Source of the DNA: Planctomycetales bacterium
GTDB lineage: Bacteria; Planctomycetota; Planctomycetia; Isosphaerales; Isosphaeraceae
Reading direction: 5' to 3'
NCBI GenBank assembly: GCA_031411935.1
Contig: JANOBY010000027.1
Span: 1-54,311 of the forward strand
Length of the DNA: 54,311 bases
This document shows, in pieces, positions 27,156-36,571 of the stretch. A program made the position numbers and the translations under genes. The notes beneath the pieces were generated by a model. It was not told the DNA's origin. It searched no databases and saw nothing but the letters and a program-made list of their open reading frames with translations. Numbering within the stretch: position 1 is the stretch's first letter; each line of letters begins with the position of its first letter.

Positions 27156-27587
27156 TTAACGCTTCGCCGCTGCCTGGGGGCCGAAGAACGGGGCGTACTC
27201 GCCGAACGGAGGGCCCATGCCCGAAGGACGTGGCCACGTCTCCACCGGGAAGGTTCGATACTTGCCCGGAGCCCCATAGATCGTGGTCGAGGGCTCGCGT
27301 CCCGCCCGCCAGAGCCCCTCACCGAAGGCATTCTGGGCCAACGCGGGGCGGGCGTAGCCATAACCGTAGCCTGCGCCGTATGGGGAGGAGAACTCCGAAT
27401 AAAGGCGAGGGACGCCAAAACTCGCGGTCCCGTACGAGGTCCCGTAGAACCCCGGCGCGCCGAAGATCGTATTCGGGCCGCGAAAGGGCGGATCCGCGAC
27501 AACACCGCCGGTATCCTGTCCCATCGCGCTGGTGATTCCATTCGCGGCGCTGAGAACCAAGCCAACAAGAACGAGCAGACGTCTCAT
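27156..27587 (-). CDS. secreted Gly/Tyr/Pro/Phe-rich low-complexity protein (143 aa)
   Basis: This is track ORF 27156..27803 with the start moved to ATG 27587 (MRRLLVLVGLVLSAANGITSA, a signal peptide). The rest reads ...FGAPGFYGTSYGTASFG...SPYGAGYGYGYARP.... Confidence 0.6.
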   Translation of the reverse strand: MRRLLVLVGLVLSAANGITSAMGQDTGGVVADPPFRGPNTIFGAPGFYGTSYGTASFGVPRLYSEFSSPYGAGYGYGYARPALAQNAFGEGLWRAGREPSTTIYGAPGKYRTFPVETWPRPSGMGPPFGEYAPFFGPQAAAKR

Positions 27588-27775
27588 GATCGTGATCTCG
27601 CGGAGATTGGCGACACGTCCGGCCCGCAGTCGACCGACGAAGAGCCTCAACCTAGAGTGTGCCCCATGCTTCGCCATGCTGCGGGAGAAATCTTCGGCCT
27701 CCAACGAAAGATGGGCGGGACAGACTCGATGTCTGCTCCGCCCTTGGTGATTGTCCCGGAACGTTCTGCCGAGTC

Positions 27776-28141
27776 TCAACGCCAGCGGCCGCCACGACCC
27801 CACCCGCCATATCCGCGTCCATAGCCGCCGTAGCCGCGATTCCCGTATCCGTAGTTGCGGTATCCATACCCGTAGGAACGGTATCCGTAATTCCCGTAAA
27901 TCGGTACCGGGGCCACATAGGCCGGTGCCACGAACCCGGGGGCGACGTATCCCGAGCTGTAGTAACTCGTCACCGGGGCCCCGTAGCCGTAACCGTAGGG
28001 GGAACCGTACAAACCCGACCCGATCGTGATCCCGCCGCTGTAGGGATTGCCGATCTGGATGCCCAGCTGCGCCTCGGCTTTCGAGAGAGAGACCAGGCCA
28101 ACAGTTCCCGCGAACACCAATGCCACCAATCGAGCCTTCAT
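27776..28141 (-). CDS. secreted Gly/Tyr-rich repeat protein (121 aa)
   Basis: ATG 28141 follows AGGAG plus 6 nt. The signal peptide is MKARLVALVFAGTVGLVSLSKAEA. The rest reads ...GSPYGYGYGAP...GNYGYRSYGYGYRNYGYGNRGYGGYGRGYGGWGRGGRWR. Confidence 0.65.
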   Translation of the reverse strand: MKARLVALVFAGTVGLVSLSKAEAQLGIQIGNPYSGGITIGSGLYGSPYGYGYGAPVTSYYSSGYVAPGFVAPAYVAPVPIYGNYGYRSYGYGYRNYGYGNRGYGGYGRGYGGWGRGGRWR

Positions 28142-28409
28142 GTTCAACTCCTGTCCAGAAAGTGAGTCCCCGCCAGTTCCTACACTGATTTAACCGTAAG
28201 CCACTTGCGGCTCATGTCAGTACAGGTTGCAGATTTTGTACCGTTTGCTTCAAGTCGCGACACAAATCCACGATGGGTCGTTTTAGGACTCCCCAAATCC
28301 CAGACGCGAGGAATCCAAAATTGCGACTTGCACGTCCCGACATGGATCATTAAGCTGGAAACGAGATATCCGAGGCCCGGTGCCTCCGCGCGCCAGGAGA
28401 CTGTGACTG

Positions 28410-30353
28410 ATGCTGGATGCTGATGCGAAGGAGGGGCCATCACGGTCGCTCGATGAAGTCAATGCAACGGTTTCGACCGCGAATCCCAATACGTTTAAGC
28501 GGCTCTTCGCCTTTTTGGGCCCGGCTTATCTCGTGAGCGTGGGCTATATGGATCCGGGCAACTGGGCCACGGATCTGGAGGGCGGGGCCCGGTTCGGCTA
28601 TGCCCTGCTCTGGGTCCTGCTCATGTCGAACATGATGGCCGTGCTCTTGCAGACTCTCTCGGCGAGGCTCGGGGTGGTCACGGGGCACGACCTGGCCCAG
28701 GCCTGCCGCGCCGAGTATTCGCGACCGGTGAACATCGTGCTCTGGCTCCTTGCCGAGGTCGCGATAGCGGCGACGGACCTGGCCGAGGTCGTGGGCACGA
28801 TCATCGCGCTGAAGCTCCTGTTCAACATGCCCATGCTGTGGGGGTGCCTCGTCACGGCGCTGGACACGTTCCTGCTTCTCTGGCTCCAGAAATGGGGCAT
28901 GCGCCGGATGGAGGCCTTCATCCTGGTCCTGGTGGCCACGATCGGCGGATGTTTCCTCACCCAGGTGTTCTGGGCGGGGCCCGACCCCTCCGCCATGCTC
29001 AAGGGGTTCTGGCCGAGTCTGCCCGTCGACAGCGAGGGATCGACGACCGGGGCCCTGTTCGTGGCCATCGGGATCCTGGGGGCGACCGTCATGCCCCACA
29101 ACCTTTACCTGCACTCGGCGCTCGTGCAGTCGCGCAAGATCGGGGCGGATGTGAAGAGCAAGGCCGAGGCCTGCCGGTTCAACCTGATCGACTCGGCGAT
29201 CGCCCTGAATGCGGCCTTCTTCGTGAACGCGGCCATCCTCGTGCTCGCGGCCTCGGTGTTCTTCACGCGAGGCGAGACCGTGGCCACGATCGAGCAGGCT
29301 CATGAGCTTCTTCCGAGATTCCTGGGCCCCTGGGCCCCCATCCTCTTCGCGGTGGCCCTCCTCTGCGCGGGCCAGAGCTCCACGCTGACCGGCACGCTGG
29401 CCGGTCAGATCGTGATGGAGGGCTACCTGCACCTGAGGATCGCCCCCTGGCTGCGACGCCTGACCACGCGTCTGCTCGCGCTGACCCCCGCCGTGGTCGT
29501 GATCGCCATTTTTGGCGAGGGGAAGACCCAGCAACTGCTCGTCATGAGCCAGGTGGTGCTGAGCTTGCAGCTCTCCTTCGCGGTCATCCCGCTCATCCAC
29601 TTCACCTCGAACCGCCGGAACATGGGCGTGTTCGCGTCCCGCTGGTGGGTCCAAATTCTGGCCTGGATCACCGCCGCAATCATCGTCTCGCTGAACGCCA
29701 AGCTCGTCCTGGACAAGATCGCGGAATGGGTCGGGGCGGCCGGCGACTCGGGCACGAAGTTCGGCCCGATCCCGGCGTCATGGGTCGCGGGTCTCTTGCT
29801 CTACGGGCTCGCCGGCGCGATCGCCGCCCTGCTCGTCTGGGTCACGATCAAGCCCTGGATCCGCAAGGCCCCGCCCTGGACCGCGGCCCCGAGCGTGTCG
29901 CTGGATTGGGCCGATGCGTTGCGGCCTCGGACCCTGCGATCCATCGGCGTGGCACTGGAGCACAACGCCGGCGATGCCGAGATCCTCAACCGGGCCCTGA
30001 GCCTGGCCGATCCCCGCAAGACCCAGCTCGTCTTGCTGCACGTGGTCGACACCCCGATGTCCGGAGTGTACGGGTCGGAGGCGGGCGATCGCCATGCGGA
30101 CGCCGACGAGCGCTACCTGGCGGAGGTCGTGACCGTCCTCACCGAGAAAGGCTTCAACGCCGTGTCCGTGCTCCTGCATGGACCGGACCGGGCCAATCAG
30201 CTTGTTACGCGTCTTCGCCGCGAGCCCGTGGACCTGCTGGTCGTGGGCTCTCACGGCCATGGGATGATGAGCGACCTGCTGTTCGGACAGACGGTGGACA
30301 AGGTCCGTCATGGGCTGGAGATCCCCATGCTGATCTCACGCCCCTCCGTATGA
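28410..30353 (+). CDS. mntH: Nramp-family divalent metal:H+ transporter fused to a C-terminal universal stress protein (USP) domain
   Basis: Nramp motifs are GPAYLVSVGYMDPGNWATDLEGG and MPHNLYLHSALVQSR. The C-terminal region of about 140 aa, IGVALEHNAGDAEIL...LVLLHVVD...LLVVGSHGHGMMSDLLFGQTVDKVRH, is USP-like. Confidence 0.85.
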   Translation: MLDADAKEGPSRSLDEVNATVSTANPNTFKRLFAFLGPAYLVSVGYMDPGNWATDLEGGARFGYALLWVLLMSNMMAVLLQTLSARLGVVTGHDLAQACRAEYSRPVNIVLWLLAEVAIAATDLAEVVGTIIALKLLFNMPMLWGCLVTALDTFLLLWLQKWGMRRMEAFILVLVATIGGCFLTQVFWAGPDPSAMLKGFWPSLPVDSEGSTTGALFVAIGILGATVMPHNLYLHSALVQSRKIGADVKSKAEACRFNLIDSAIALNAAFFVNAAILVLAASVFFTRGETVATIEQAHELLPRFLGPWAPILFAVALLCAGQSSTLTGTLAGQIVMEGYLHLRIAPWLRRLTTRLLALTPAVVVIAIFGEGKTQQLLVMSQVVLSLQLSFAVIPLIHFTSNRRNMGVFASRWWVQILAWITAAIIVSLNAKLVLDKIAEWVGAAGDSGTKFGPIPASWVAGLLLYGLAGAIAALLVWVTIKPWIRKAPPWTAAPSVSLDWADALRPRTLRSIGVALEHNAGDAEILNRALSLADPRKTQLVLLHVVDTPMSGVYGSEAGDRHADADERYLAEVVTVLTEKGFNAVSVLLHGPDRANQLVTRLRREPVDLLVVGSHGHGMMSDLLFGQTVDKVRHGLEIPMLISRPSV

Positions 30354-30390
30354 GCGAGGACTGAACGCTGAGGCGTTCCATCTGCGCATG

Positions 30391-30440
30391 AAAACGGGTT
30401 CCGGGATCCTAAGCTGAGGATCCCGGAACCCGAGGTTTTC
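30391..30440. terminator. bidirectional intrinsic terminator between mntH and a DUF1559 gene
   Basis: A perfect 14-bp stem, GGGTTCCGGGATCC (30396..30409) and GGATCCCGGAACCC (30418..30431), encloses an 8-nt loop. It is flanked by AAAAC on the 5' side and GAGGTTTTC on the 3' side. Confidence 0.65.
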
Positions 30441-30455
30441 ACCGTTCGAAGCTTA

Positions 30456-31502
30456 TCAATTGATAGCGTCGCCGGGGATAACTTCGCCACCGGCCTGGGT
30501 GCCAAGGGCATGCCAGGTGCGGATATTGATGCCGCTCTTGATGAACTTGACCGAGCCGTCGCACATCAGGGTGTTCACACCACCGGGGTGGTAAGAGCTG
30601 GCCGTGATGATGGTGTCGTAACCGGCGGCGTTGCAAGCCTTGCGGTTGGGGGGCTGGATGTGGAAGTATCCGCCACCACGGCCGGAGTCGTGCATGGTCC
30701 AGATCTCGCCCTTGAAGTCCCAGCTCCGCGAGCTGGAGGCCTGGCAGAGACCGGCGAGCTTGAAGTCGGCGTCGGTGTCGCCCTGGGGAATCGCGGTCAC
30801 GCCGCCGGGGGAATTGTAGGTCATGTTCAGGCCATCCTGGGCGGCATTGTTCGCGGGGTCGCGGCCCTTGCCCTTGACGATCTCGCTGAACAGGGCCGTG
30901 CTCGACAGGCCGTCGGTGATCGTCGCGAAGCTGCGCGTCGTCTGGAGGCCGCCGTCATGGCCCTGGTAATAGGCGATGCCGGTGGAGACCCAGGCCGTGT
31001 TGTAGCGGTTCAGGCCGCAGTTCTGCCCGTAGCTCGTCCCCGGGACCTGGGGATCGTCCGTACCGGGATCGTTCGCGTCCGAGGGGCAGATGAAGCTGGC
31101 GATCTTCGTACGCCGGATGGTCCGGTTGATTTGGATGCCATCGATCGGCGATCCGGGACCGGTGTTCCAGATCGCGCTCACGTTGAAATTGACGGTGTTG
31201 TAGGCGTTGGTCTGCTCCATGAAGGGCAGGATGCGGACCTTCATCGAGAAATTCTGCGGGCCCGCGACCCAGCCGAACTGGGGATAATCGTTCGAGTAGA
31301 CCTCGCCGGCCGGGGGCAGTGAGTCGGTCGCGGAGTGGTAGTTGTGGATCGCCAACCCGATTTGCTTCAGGTTGTTGGTGCACTGGCTGCGCCGCGCAGC
31401 TTCGCGTGCCGCCTGCACCGCAGGCAATAAAAGGGCGATGAGGACGCCGATGATGGCAATAACCACCAACAGCTCGATGAGCGTAAATCCGCGTCGTCGC
31501 AT
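30456..31502 (-). CDS. DUF1559 protein with a prepilin-type N-terminal motif (tandem paralogue 1)
   Basis: This is track ORF 30456..31628 with the start moved to ATG 31502, which follows GGAGG. Motifs are [57 protein letters not shown] and [18 protein letters not shown]. Confidence 0.9.
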   Translation of the reverse strand: MRRRGFTLIELLVVIAIIGVLIALLLPAVQAAREAARRSQCTNNLKQIGLAIHNYHSATDSLPPAGEVYSNDYPQFGWVAGPQNFSMKVRILPFMEQTNAYNTVNFNVSAIWNTGPGSPIDGIQINRTIRRTKIASFICPSDANDPGTDDPQVPGTSYGQNCGLNRYNTAWVSTGIAYYQGHDGGLQTTRSFATITDGLSSTALFSEIVKGKGRDPANNAAQDGLNMTYNSPGGVTAIPQGDTDADFKLAGLCQASSSRSWDFKGEIWTMHDSGRGGGYFHIQPPNRKACNAAGYDTIITASSYHPGGVNTLMCDGSVKFIKSGINIRTWHALGTQAGGEVIPGDAIN

Positions 31503-31801
31503 TCTCGGCCTCCAAGACAGGATAAAGACGAACAGGCACGACCCGGAAAACCGGGGCTGAGAGGTGTGGCTGCCGGGTCTTAAGCAGGGAAAGCTCGCAT
31601 CTTCCCTGGCAACGGACTCGTCTACCACTGATTAAAGCTAGCAGGGATTCTTCCAAAATTCAAGAGACGCACCGTTCGATCTCGACACCTTCGCCATTTC
31701 GAAATCAAGAACGTCATCAGAGCTTAGCGACATATCGGAACGCACGGTCCTTTTTTTCCAACATTTCACGTAGGTCAGGTATCGATCAGACAGCGTTTAA
31801 A

Positions 31802-31838
31802 CGAAAAAGCTCCGGGGTCTTGAGAAGAGACCCCGGAG
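31802..31838 (-). terminator. intrinsic terminator of the upstream DUF1559 paralogue
   Basis: In minus sense: CUCCGGGGUC, loop, GACCCCGGAG (10 bp), followed by CUUUUUCGUUU. Confidence 0.7.
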
Positions 31839-31864
31839 TTCGGGTTGAGCTCGAAAGCCTCAAA

Positions 31865-32911
31865 TCAATTGTAAGCTTCGCCCGGGATCACTTCACCACC
31901 AGACTGGGTTCCCAGGGCGGGCCAAATCCGGACATTCATCCCCGATTTGATGAACTTGACCGAGCCGTCGCACATCAGGGTATTTACACCGCCCGGGTGA
32001 TACGAGCTGGCGCCGACCATGGTATCGTAACCGGCGGCGTTGCAAGCCTTGCGGTTGGGGGGCTGGATGTGGTAGTAGCCGCCGCCTCGGCCGGAGTCGT
32101 GCATGGTCCAGACCTCGCCCTTGAAGTCCCAGCTCCTCGCGGACGAAGCCTGGCAGAGAGAAGCCAGCTTGAAGTTGGCGTCGTTGTCGGTGTCGGGGAG
32201 CACGGTCGGGAAGTTGTTGAGAGTGTAGGTCATGTTCAGGCCATCCTGGGCGGCATTGTTCGCGGGGTCGCGGCCCTTGCCCTTGACGATCTCGCTGAAC
32301 ATGGCCGTGCTCGACAGGCCGTCGGTGATCGTCGCGAAGCTGCGGACCTGAAGCATCCCCCCGTCATGCCCCTGGAAATAGGCGATTCCGCTGGATCGCC
32401 AGCCGGAATGATACCGGCTCAGGCCGCGATTCTCGCCATAACTCGTGCCCGGGAGCTGGGGATCGGCCGTGCCCGGTTCGTTCGCGTCGGACGGGCAGAT
32501 GAAGCTCGCGATCTTCGTCTGGCGGATGGTCCGGTTGATGTCCACGCCGTCGATCGGGGCGGCCGGGCCGGTCCCCCAGATGGCGGACACGTCGAAATTC
32601 ACGGTGCTGTACGCGTTGCCCTGCTCAAGGAAGGGCAGGATGCGGACCTTCATCGAGAAGTTCTGCGGGCCTGCCGTCCCCACGAAGCCGGGATATTCAT
32701 TCGAGTTGAGCTCGCCGGCCGGGGGCAGCGAGTCGTTGGCCGAATGGTAATTGTGGATCGCCAGCCCGATCTGCTTCAGGTTGTTGGTGCACTGGCTGCG
32801 CCGCGCCGCCTCCCGAGCAGCCTGCACGGCAGGCAAGAGCAGGGCAATCAGCACGCCGATGATGGCGATCACCACCAGAAGTTCGATGAGGGTAAAACCG
32901 CGACGACGCAT
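31865..32911 (-). CDS. DUF1559 protein with a prepilin-type N-terminal motif (tandem paralogue 2)
   Basis: This is track ORF 31865..33079 with the start moved to ATG 32911, which follows AAGAGGAG. It is the same length (348 aa) as 30456..31502. The N-terminal 57 aa are identical and the C-terminus is near-identical. Confidence 0.9.
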   Translation of the reverse strand: MRRRGFTLIELLVVIAIIGVLIALLLPAVQAAREAARRSQCTNNLKQIGLAIHNYHSANDSLPPAGELNSNEYPGFVGTAGPQNFSMKVRILPFLEQGNAYSTVNFDVSAIWGTGPAAPIDGVDINRTIRQTKIASFICPSDANEPGTADPQLPGTSYGENRGLSRYHSGWRSSGIAYFQGHDGGMLQVRSFATITDGLSSTAMFSEIVKGKGRDPANNAAQDGLNMTYTLNNFPTVLPDTDNDANFKLASLCQASSARSWDFKGEVWTMHDSGRGGGYYHIQPPNRKACNAAGYDTMVGASSYHPGGVNTLMCDGSVKFIKSGMNVRIWPALGTQSGGEVIPGEAYN

Positions 32912-33275
32912 CTTTTGAAGCTCCTCTTGAGACAATGACGCACCCGCCCCCCCGTGGCTCGGGGAGTCAACGATGTGCCGTTTCGCTCGGGCCGGGGGAT
33001 GGCTGCGATTCCCCCGGACAGAATCCTTCCACCGATGAATCCATGAACGCACGATTGCGGACAGAGATGCACCGTGCATGTAGGGGTTTGAGCGTTTTCT
33101 CCAAAGAGCTTGGCCGCACTTTTCGAATCTTCAGAGGATTTTTGTCGATCCGATGATGTTAACGATCTTTAATGTGTCAATATTCTCACATCATAGAATT
33201 TATATGATATGACCAGTGCAGCCTTCCCGGCGGGCAGCGAGCCCGATCGTTCCGCTGCCCCTCGTCTTGACGTGA

Positions 33276-33305
33276 TTGACGCAATTCGACCGTCGGGGCT
33301 AGAAT
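33276..33305 (+). promoter_or_regulatory. sigma70-like promoter candidate for the GNAT gene at 33358
   Basis: TTGACG (33276..33281), an 18-nt spacer, then TAGAAT (33300..33305). Confidence 0.4.
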
Positions 33306-33357
33306 GCGTCCTGGATCGGCATGGGGACGGCTCGTGAACGGTAAGTCGCGATTCTCG

Positions 33358-33888
33358 ATGGCCATCACGTACTACAAGCGATTCCGAATGGAGGCCGACC
33401 TCGACCTCCAGCCCATCGCTCCGCACCTGCCCGATGGCTTTACCTGGATCCCGTGGGAAGAGCGGCTCCTGGACTACCATGCCGAGGTCAAGTATCTGAG
33501 CTTCCGCGACGAGGTCGACGCGCACGTCTTCCCCTGTCTTTCCGATCGCTTCGGGTGTCAGCGCCTCATGAGGGAGATCCGCCGCAAGCCGGGCTTCCTC
33601 CCGGGCGCGACCTGGTTGATCGGTTGCGACGAGGGATATGTGGGGACCGTCCAGGGCGTGATGGACCGTACCGGGTTCGGCGCCATCCAGAATCTGGGGG
33701 TCGTGCCCACCTATCGGGGCCTGGGCCTGGGCCGAGCCCTGGTTCACCAGGTCCTGGAAGGATTCCGAGGGGCCGGTTTGCGGCGAGCCTATCTGGAAGT
33801 TACGGCCGAAAACTCGAGCGCCGTGATGCTTTATCGCGAAGCGGGCTTTCGCCGTGCTAAAACTCTCTACAAGGCGGTCGACAGTTAA
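33358..33888 (+). CDS. GNAT family N-acetyltransferase
   Basis: This is track ORF 33304..33888 with the start moved to ATG 33358 (MAITYYKRFRME). Motifs are IQNLGVVPTYRGLGLGRALV (Q/RxxGxG/A) and ENSSAVMLYREAGF. Confidence 0.8.
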   Translation: MAITYYKRFRMEADLDLQPIAPHLPDGFTWIPWEERLLDYHAEVKYLSFRDEVDAHVFPCLSDRFGCQRLMREIRRKPGFLPGATWLIGCDEGYVGTVQGVMDRTGFGAIQNLGVVPTYRGLGLGRALVHQVLEGFRGAGLRRAYLEVTAENSSAVMLYREAGFRRAKTLYKAVDS

Positions 33889-33973
33889 GGCCAGCGCATC
33901 TCCGACGAAGCTCCACTCGGCCTGGCCGATCTATCCAGGGCGTGGACCGATCCGCCCGTAACGCGAGGTTGCC

Positions 33974-35215
33974 GTGCCCGATTCTCTCCTCTCTCAGCAT
34001 GAGTTCCCCAACGGCCTGACCCTGGTGGCCGAGGCCATGCCCGGAGTGCAGTCGGCCTCGTTCACGTTGCTGGTCCCCGCAGGCGCGGCGTTCGAGCCCT
34101 CGGACCGAGGCGGGGCGGCCTCGATGGTGGCCGAATGGATCACCCGGGGGGCCGGCGACCGAGACAGCCGGAGCCTGCTCACTGCGCTCGACAATCTGGG
34201 CGTGAGCCACGCGGAAGGGGCCCAGACCGTCCACACCAGCCTCTCCGCGGCCACCCTGGGCCGCAACCTGATCCCGGCCCTGCGGATCTTCGCCGACATC
34301 CTGCTTCGCCCCCACCTGGACGACGAGGAGGTGGACGCCATCCGGGCCCTCTCGGCCCAGTCGCTCCAGAGCCTGGAGGACGACCCCGGCTCGAAGGTCA
34401 TCTACGAGCTCCGCAAGCGACACTTCCCCGACCCCTGGGGCCGCCCGGCCCCCGGCACGATCGAGGGCGTGAACGCGGTGACCCCCGACGAACTTCGCCA
34501 TTTCTACCAGACGGTCTATCGCCCCAACGGGGCGATCCTGGCGGTCGCCGGATCGATCGATTTCCCCCGCCTGAGAGACGCCGTGGGCGAGCTCTTCGGA
34601 GAATGGAAGGCGCAGCCCACGCCCTCGGTCACCCTTCACGAAGCCGGCCCGAGACGTGGGCACCTCTTGAAAGAGACCCAGCAGATCCAGATCGCCCTGG
34701 CTTATCCCACGGCCACGGTCACGAGCCCGGATTACTACCTCGCCCGCGCGGCCTCGGCCATCCTGGGCGGATATGCGTCCGCCCGTCTCTTCACCGAGGT
34801 CCGCGAGAAGCGGGGCCTGTGCTACTCCGTTTATGCCTCGTACGAGAGCTTCAAGGAACGCGCCGCCGTGGTGTGCTACGCCGGGACCTCGGTCGAGCGG
34901 GCGCAGGAGACGCTGGACGTGAGCCTGGCCGAGATCGCCCGGCTGGGCCAGTCGGGCGTGGAGGCGGAGGAGCTCGACATGATGAGGGCGGGGCTCAAAA
35001 GCTCGCTCATCATGCAGCAGGAATCGTCCATGAGCCGATCGAGCTCGCTGGCCTCCGACACCTACTACCTGGGACGGGTCCGGTCCCTGGCCGAGATCTC
35101 GGGAGAGCTCGACGCGCTCACCCCCGAATCCGTGAGCGCCTTCGCCTCAAGGCAGGAGACCGAGGCCATGACCCTCGTGACCCTGGGCCCCAAGCCGCTT
35201 GACGTCCCGGCCTGA
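33974..35215 (+). CDS. M16 (pitrilysin) family peptidase, non-catalytic-type subunit
   Basis: GTG start, M16 fold and 413-aa length. The position of the zinc motif reads GAASMVAEWITRG, so HxxEH is lost. Confidence 0.8.
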   Translation: MPDSLLSQHEFPNGLTLVAEAMPGVQSASFTLLVPAGAAFEPSDRGGAASMVAEWITRGAGDRDSRSLLTALDNLGVSHAEGAQTVHTSLSAATLGRNLIPALRIFADILLRPHLDDEEVDAIRALSAQSLQSLEDDPGSKVIYELRKRHFPDPWGRPAPGTIEGVNAVTPDELRHFYQTVYRPNGAILAVAGSIDFPRLRDAVGELFGEWKAQPTPSVTLHEAGPRRGHLLKETQQIQIALAYPTATVTSPDYYLARAASAILGGYASARLFTEVREKRGLCYSVYASYESFKERAAVVCYAGTSVERAQETLDVSLAEIARLGQSGVEAEELDMMRAGLKSSLIMQQESSMSRSSSLASDTYYLGRVRSLAEISGELDALTPESVSAFASRQETEAMTLVTLGPKPLDVPA

Positions 35216-35271
35216 CGCCGAGGGACCGACTCCTCTGACTCGATCACCTCTCCAAAGGAACGACCTTCCTC

Positions 35272-36513
35272 ATGCCGTTTCATCACACCACGCTTCCCAA
35301 CGGATTGCAGGTGATCGCCGAGCTGAACGACCAGGCCCACTCGATCGCGGCCGGGTTCTTCGTGAAGGCGGGCTCGCGAGACGAGACCGGGGAGATCGCC
35401 GGCCTCTCGCACTTCCTCGAGCACATGGTGTTCAAGGGCACGCCGCACCGCGACGCCCTGGCGGTCAATCGCGACTTCGACCGCGTGGGGGCCAAGCACA
35501 ACGCCCAGACCTCCGAGGAGGACACGGTCTATCACGTCACGTGCCTTCCCGAATATCTGCCCAGGGCGTTCGACGTGCTCGCCGACATCCTCCGTCCGAG
35601 CCTGCGTGAAGACGACTTCGAGACCGAGAAGAAGGTTATCATCGAAGAGATCAAGATGTACCTCGACAACCCGATGAGCGTGGCCTACGAGGCGGCCAAG
35701 GCCGCCCACTTCGGGCCGCATCCGTTGGGGCAGAGTATCCTCGGGTCGGTCGAGTCGATCACCGCGATGACCGCCGAGCAGATGAAAGGGTACTTCGCGG
35801 CCAAGTACAGCCCCGCGAATATCGTGCTCGCCTTCTCGGGCAAGGGCGACTGGGACGGGCTCGTGGAGCTGGCCGAGGCCCAGTGCGCGAAGTGGGACGG
35901 GGGCAAGACCTCCCGGCAGGTCGTCGCGCCGGTCGGCCAGAAAGCATTCCAGACGATCCTCCGCGCCGAGGACCAGCAGCAAACCATCCTGACCGTGGCC
36001 GACGCCCCCCCGCTGGAGAGCGACGACCGGTTCGCCGCCGCCCTGCTCACCACGATCCTCGGCGACCACACCGGTTCCCGGCTCTACTGGGCCCTGATCG
36101 ACCCGGGATATGCCGACGGCGTGGAGTTCTCTTATCAGGATTTCAACGGCGCCGGGGCCTTCTACACCTTCCTGAGCTGCGAGCCCGACGAGGCCCAGGC
36201 CAACCTCCAGCGCATCGCCGATATCTACGCCTCGGCCCTGAGCGAGGGGGTCACGGCCGACGAGCTTGAGCAGGCCCAGAACAAGGTTCTCGCCCGGACC
36301 GTCCTGCGCAGCGAGCGGCCGATGGGTCGCCTCATGTCGCTCGGCTTCCACTGGACTTATCGGCAAGAGCATCTGTCGGTGGAGCAGGAGCTGGAGGCCT
36401 ACTCCAAGGTCACGGTCGAGGACATCGCCCGGGTCCTCAAGCGATGGCCGCTCATCCCGATGACCGTCGTCTCCGTCGGCCCCACGACCGAGCTGGAACC
36501 CGTGAACGTCTGA
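35272..36513 (+). CDS. M16 (pitrilysin) family zinc peptidase, catalytic-type subunit
   Basis: GLSHFLEHMVFKGT contains an intact HxxEH. It is the same length as, and adjacent to, its inactive paralogue. Confidence 0.85.
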   Translation: MPFHHTTLPNGLQVIAELNDQAHSIAAGFFVKAGSRDETGEIAGLSHFLEHMVFKGTPHRDALAVNRDFDRVGAKHNAQTSEEDTVYHVTCLPEYLPRAFDVLADILRPSLREDDFETEKKVIIEEIKMYLDNPMSVAYEAAKAAHFGPHPLGQSILGSVESITAMTAEQMKGYFAAKYSPANIVLAFSGKGDWDGLVELAEAQCAKWDGGKTSRQVVAPVGQKAFQTILRAEDQQQTILTVADAPPLESDDRFAAALLTTILGDHTGSRLYWALIDPGYADGVEFSYQDFNGAGAFYTFLSCEPDEAQANLQRIADIYASALSEGVTADELEQAQNKVLARTVLRSERPMGRLMSLGFHWTYRQEHLSVEQELEAYSKVTVEDIARVLKRWPLIPMTVVSVGPTTELEPVNV

Positions 36514-36571
36514 TGCCCTCGGGGCCCTCGCCTCCGGTTTTCCCCACCTTGTCGAGCCGGAGAGCCGGTCC

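Noticed and set aside
27659-28165. 168-aa plus-strand ORF antisense to the Gly/Tyr-rich gene.
   Set aside because: It is an artefact of the low-complexity repeat and has no start context. The minus-strand frame has an AGGAG-ATG start and a signal peptide.
28148-28409. Possible Mn (yybP-ykoY) riboswitch or MntR/Fur box upstream of mntH. A GGGGAGTCC string occurs on the minus strand near 28286..28294.
   Set aside because: I could not assemble the conserved four-helix junction or loop sequences on either strand. A single short match is not evidence, and a covariance-model scan is needed.
33160-33240. AT-rich stretch with the ATCATA-N7-TATGAT inverted repeat and a minus-strand TTGACA (33175..33180) upstream of the DUF1559 gene.
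   Set aside because: The half-sites are only 6 nt. No acceptable -10 hexamer lies at 16 to 18 nt from the TTGACA. This cannot be distinguished from chance in AT-rich DNA.
36514-36571. Cobalamin riboswitch upstream of the BtuF-like gene.
   Set aside because: The spacer is only 58 nt, far too short for a cobalamin riboswitch.
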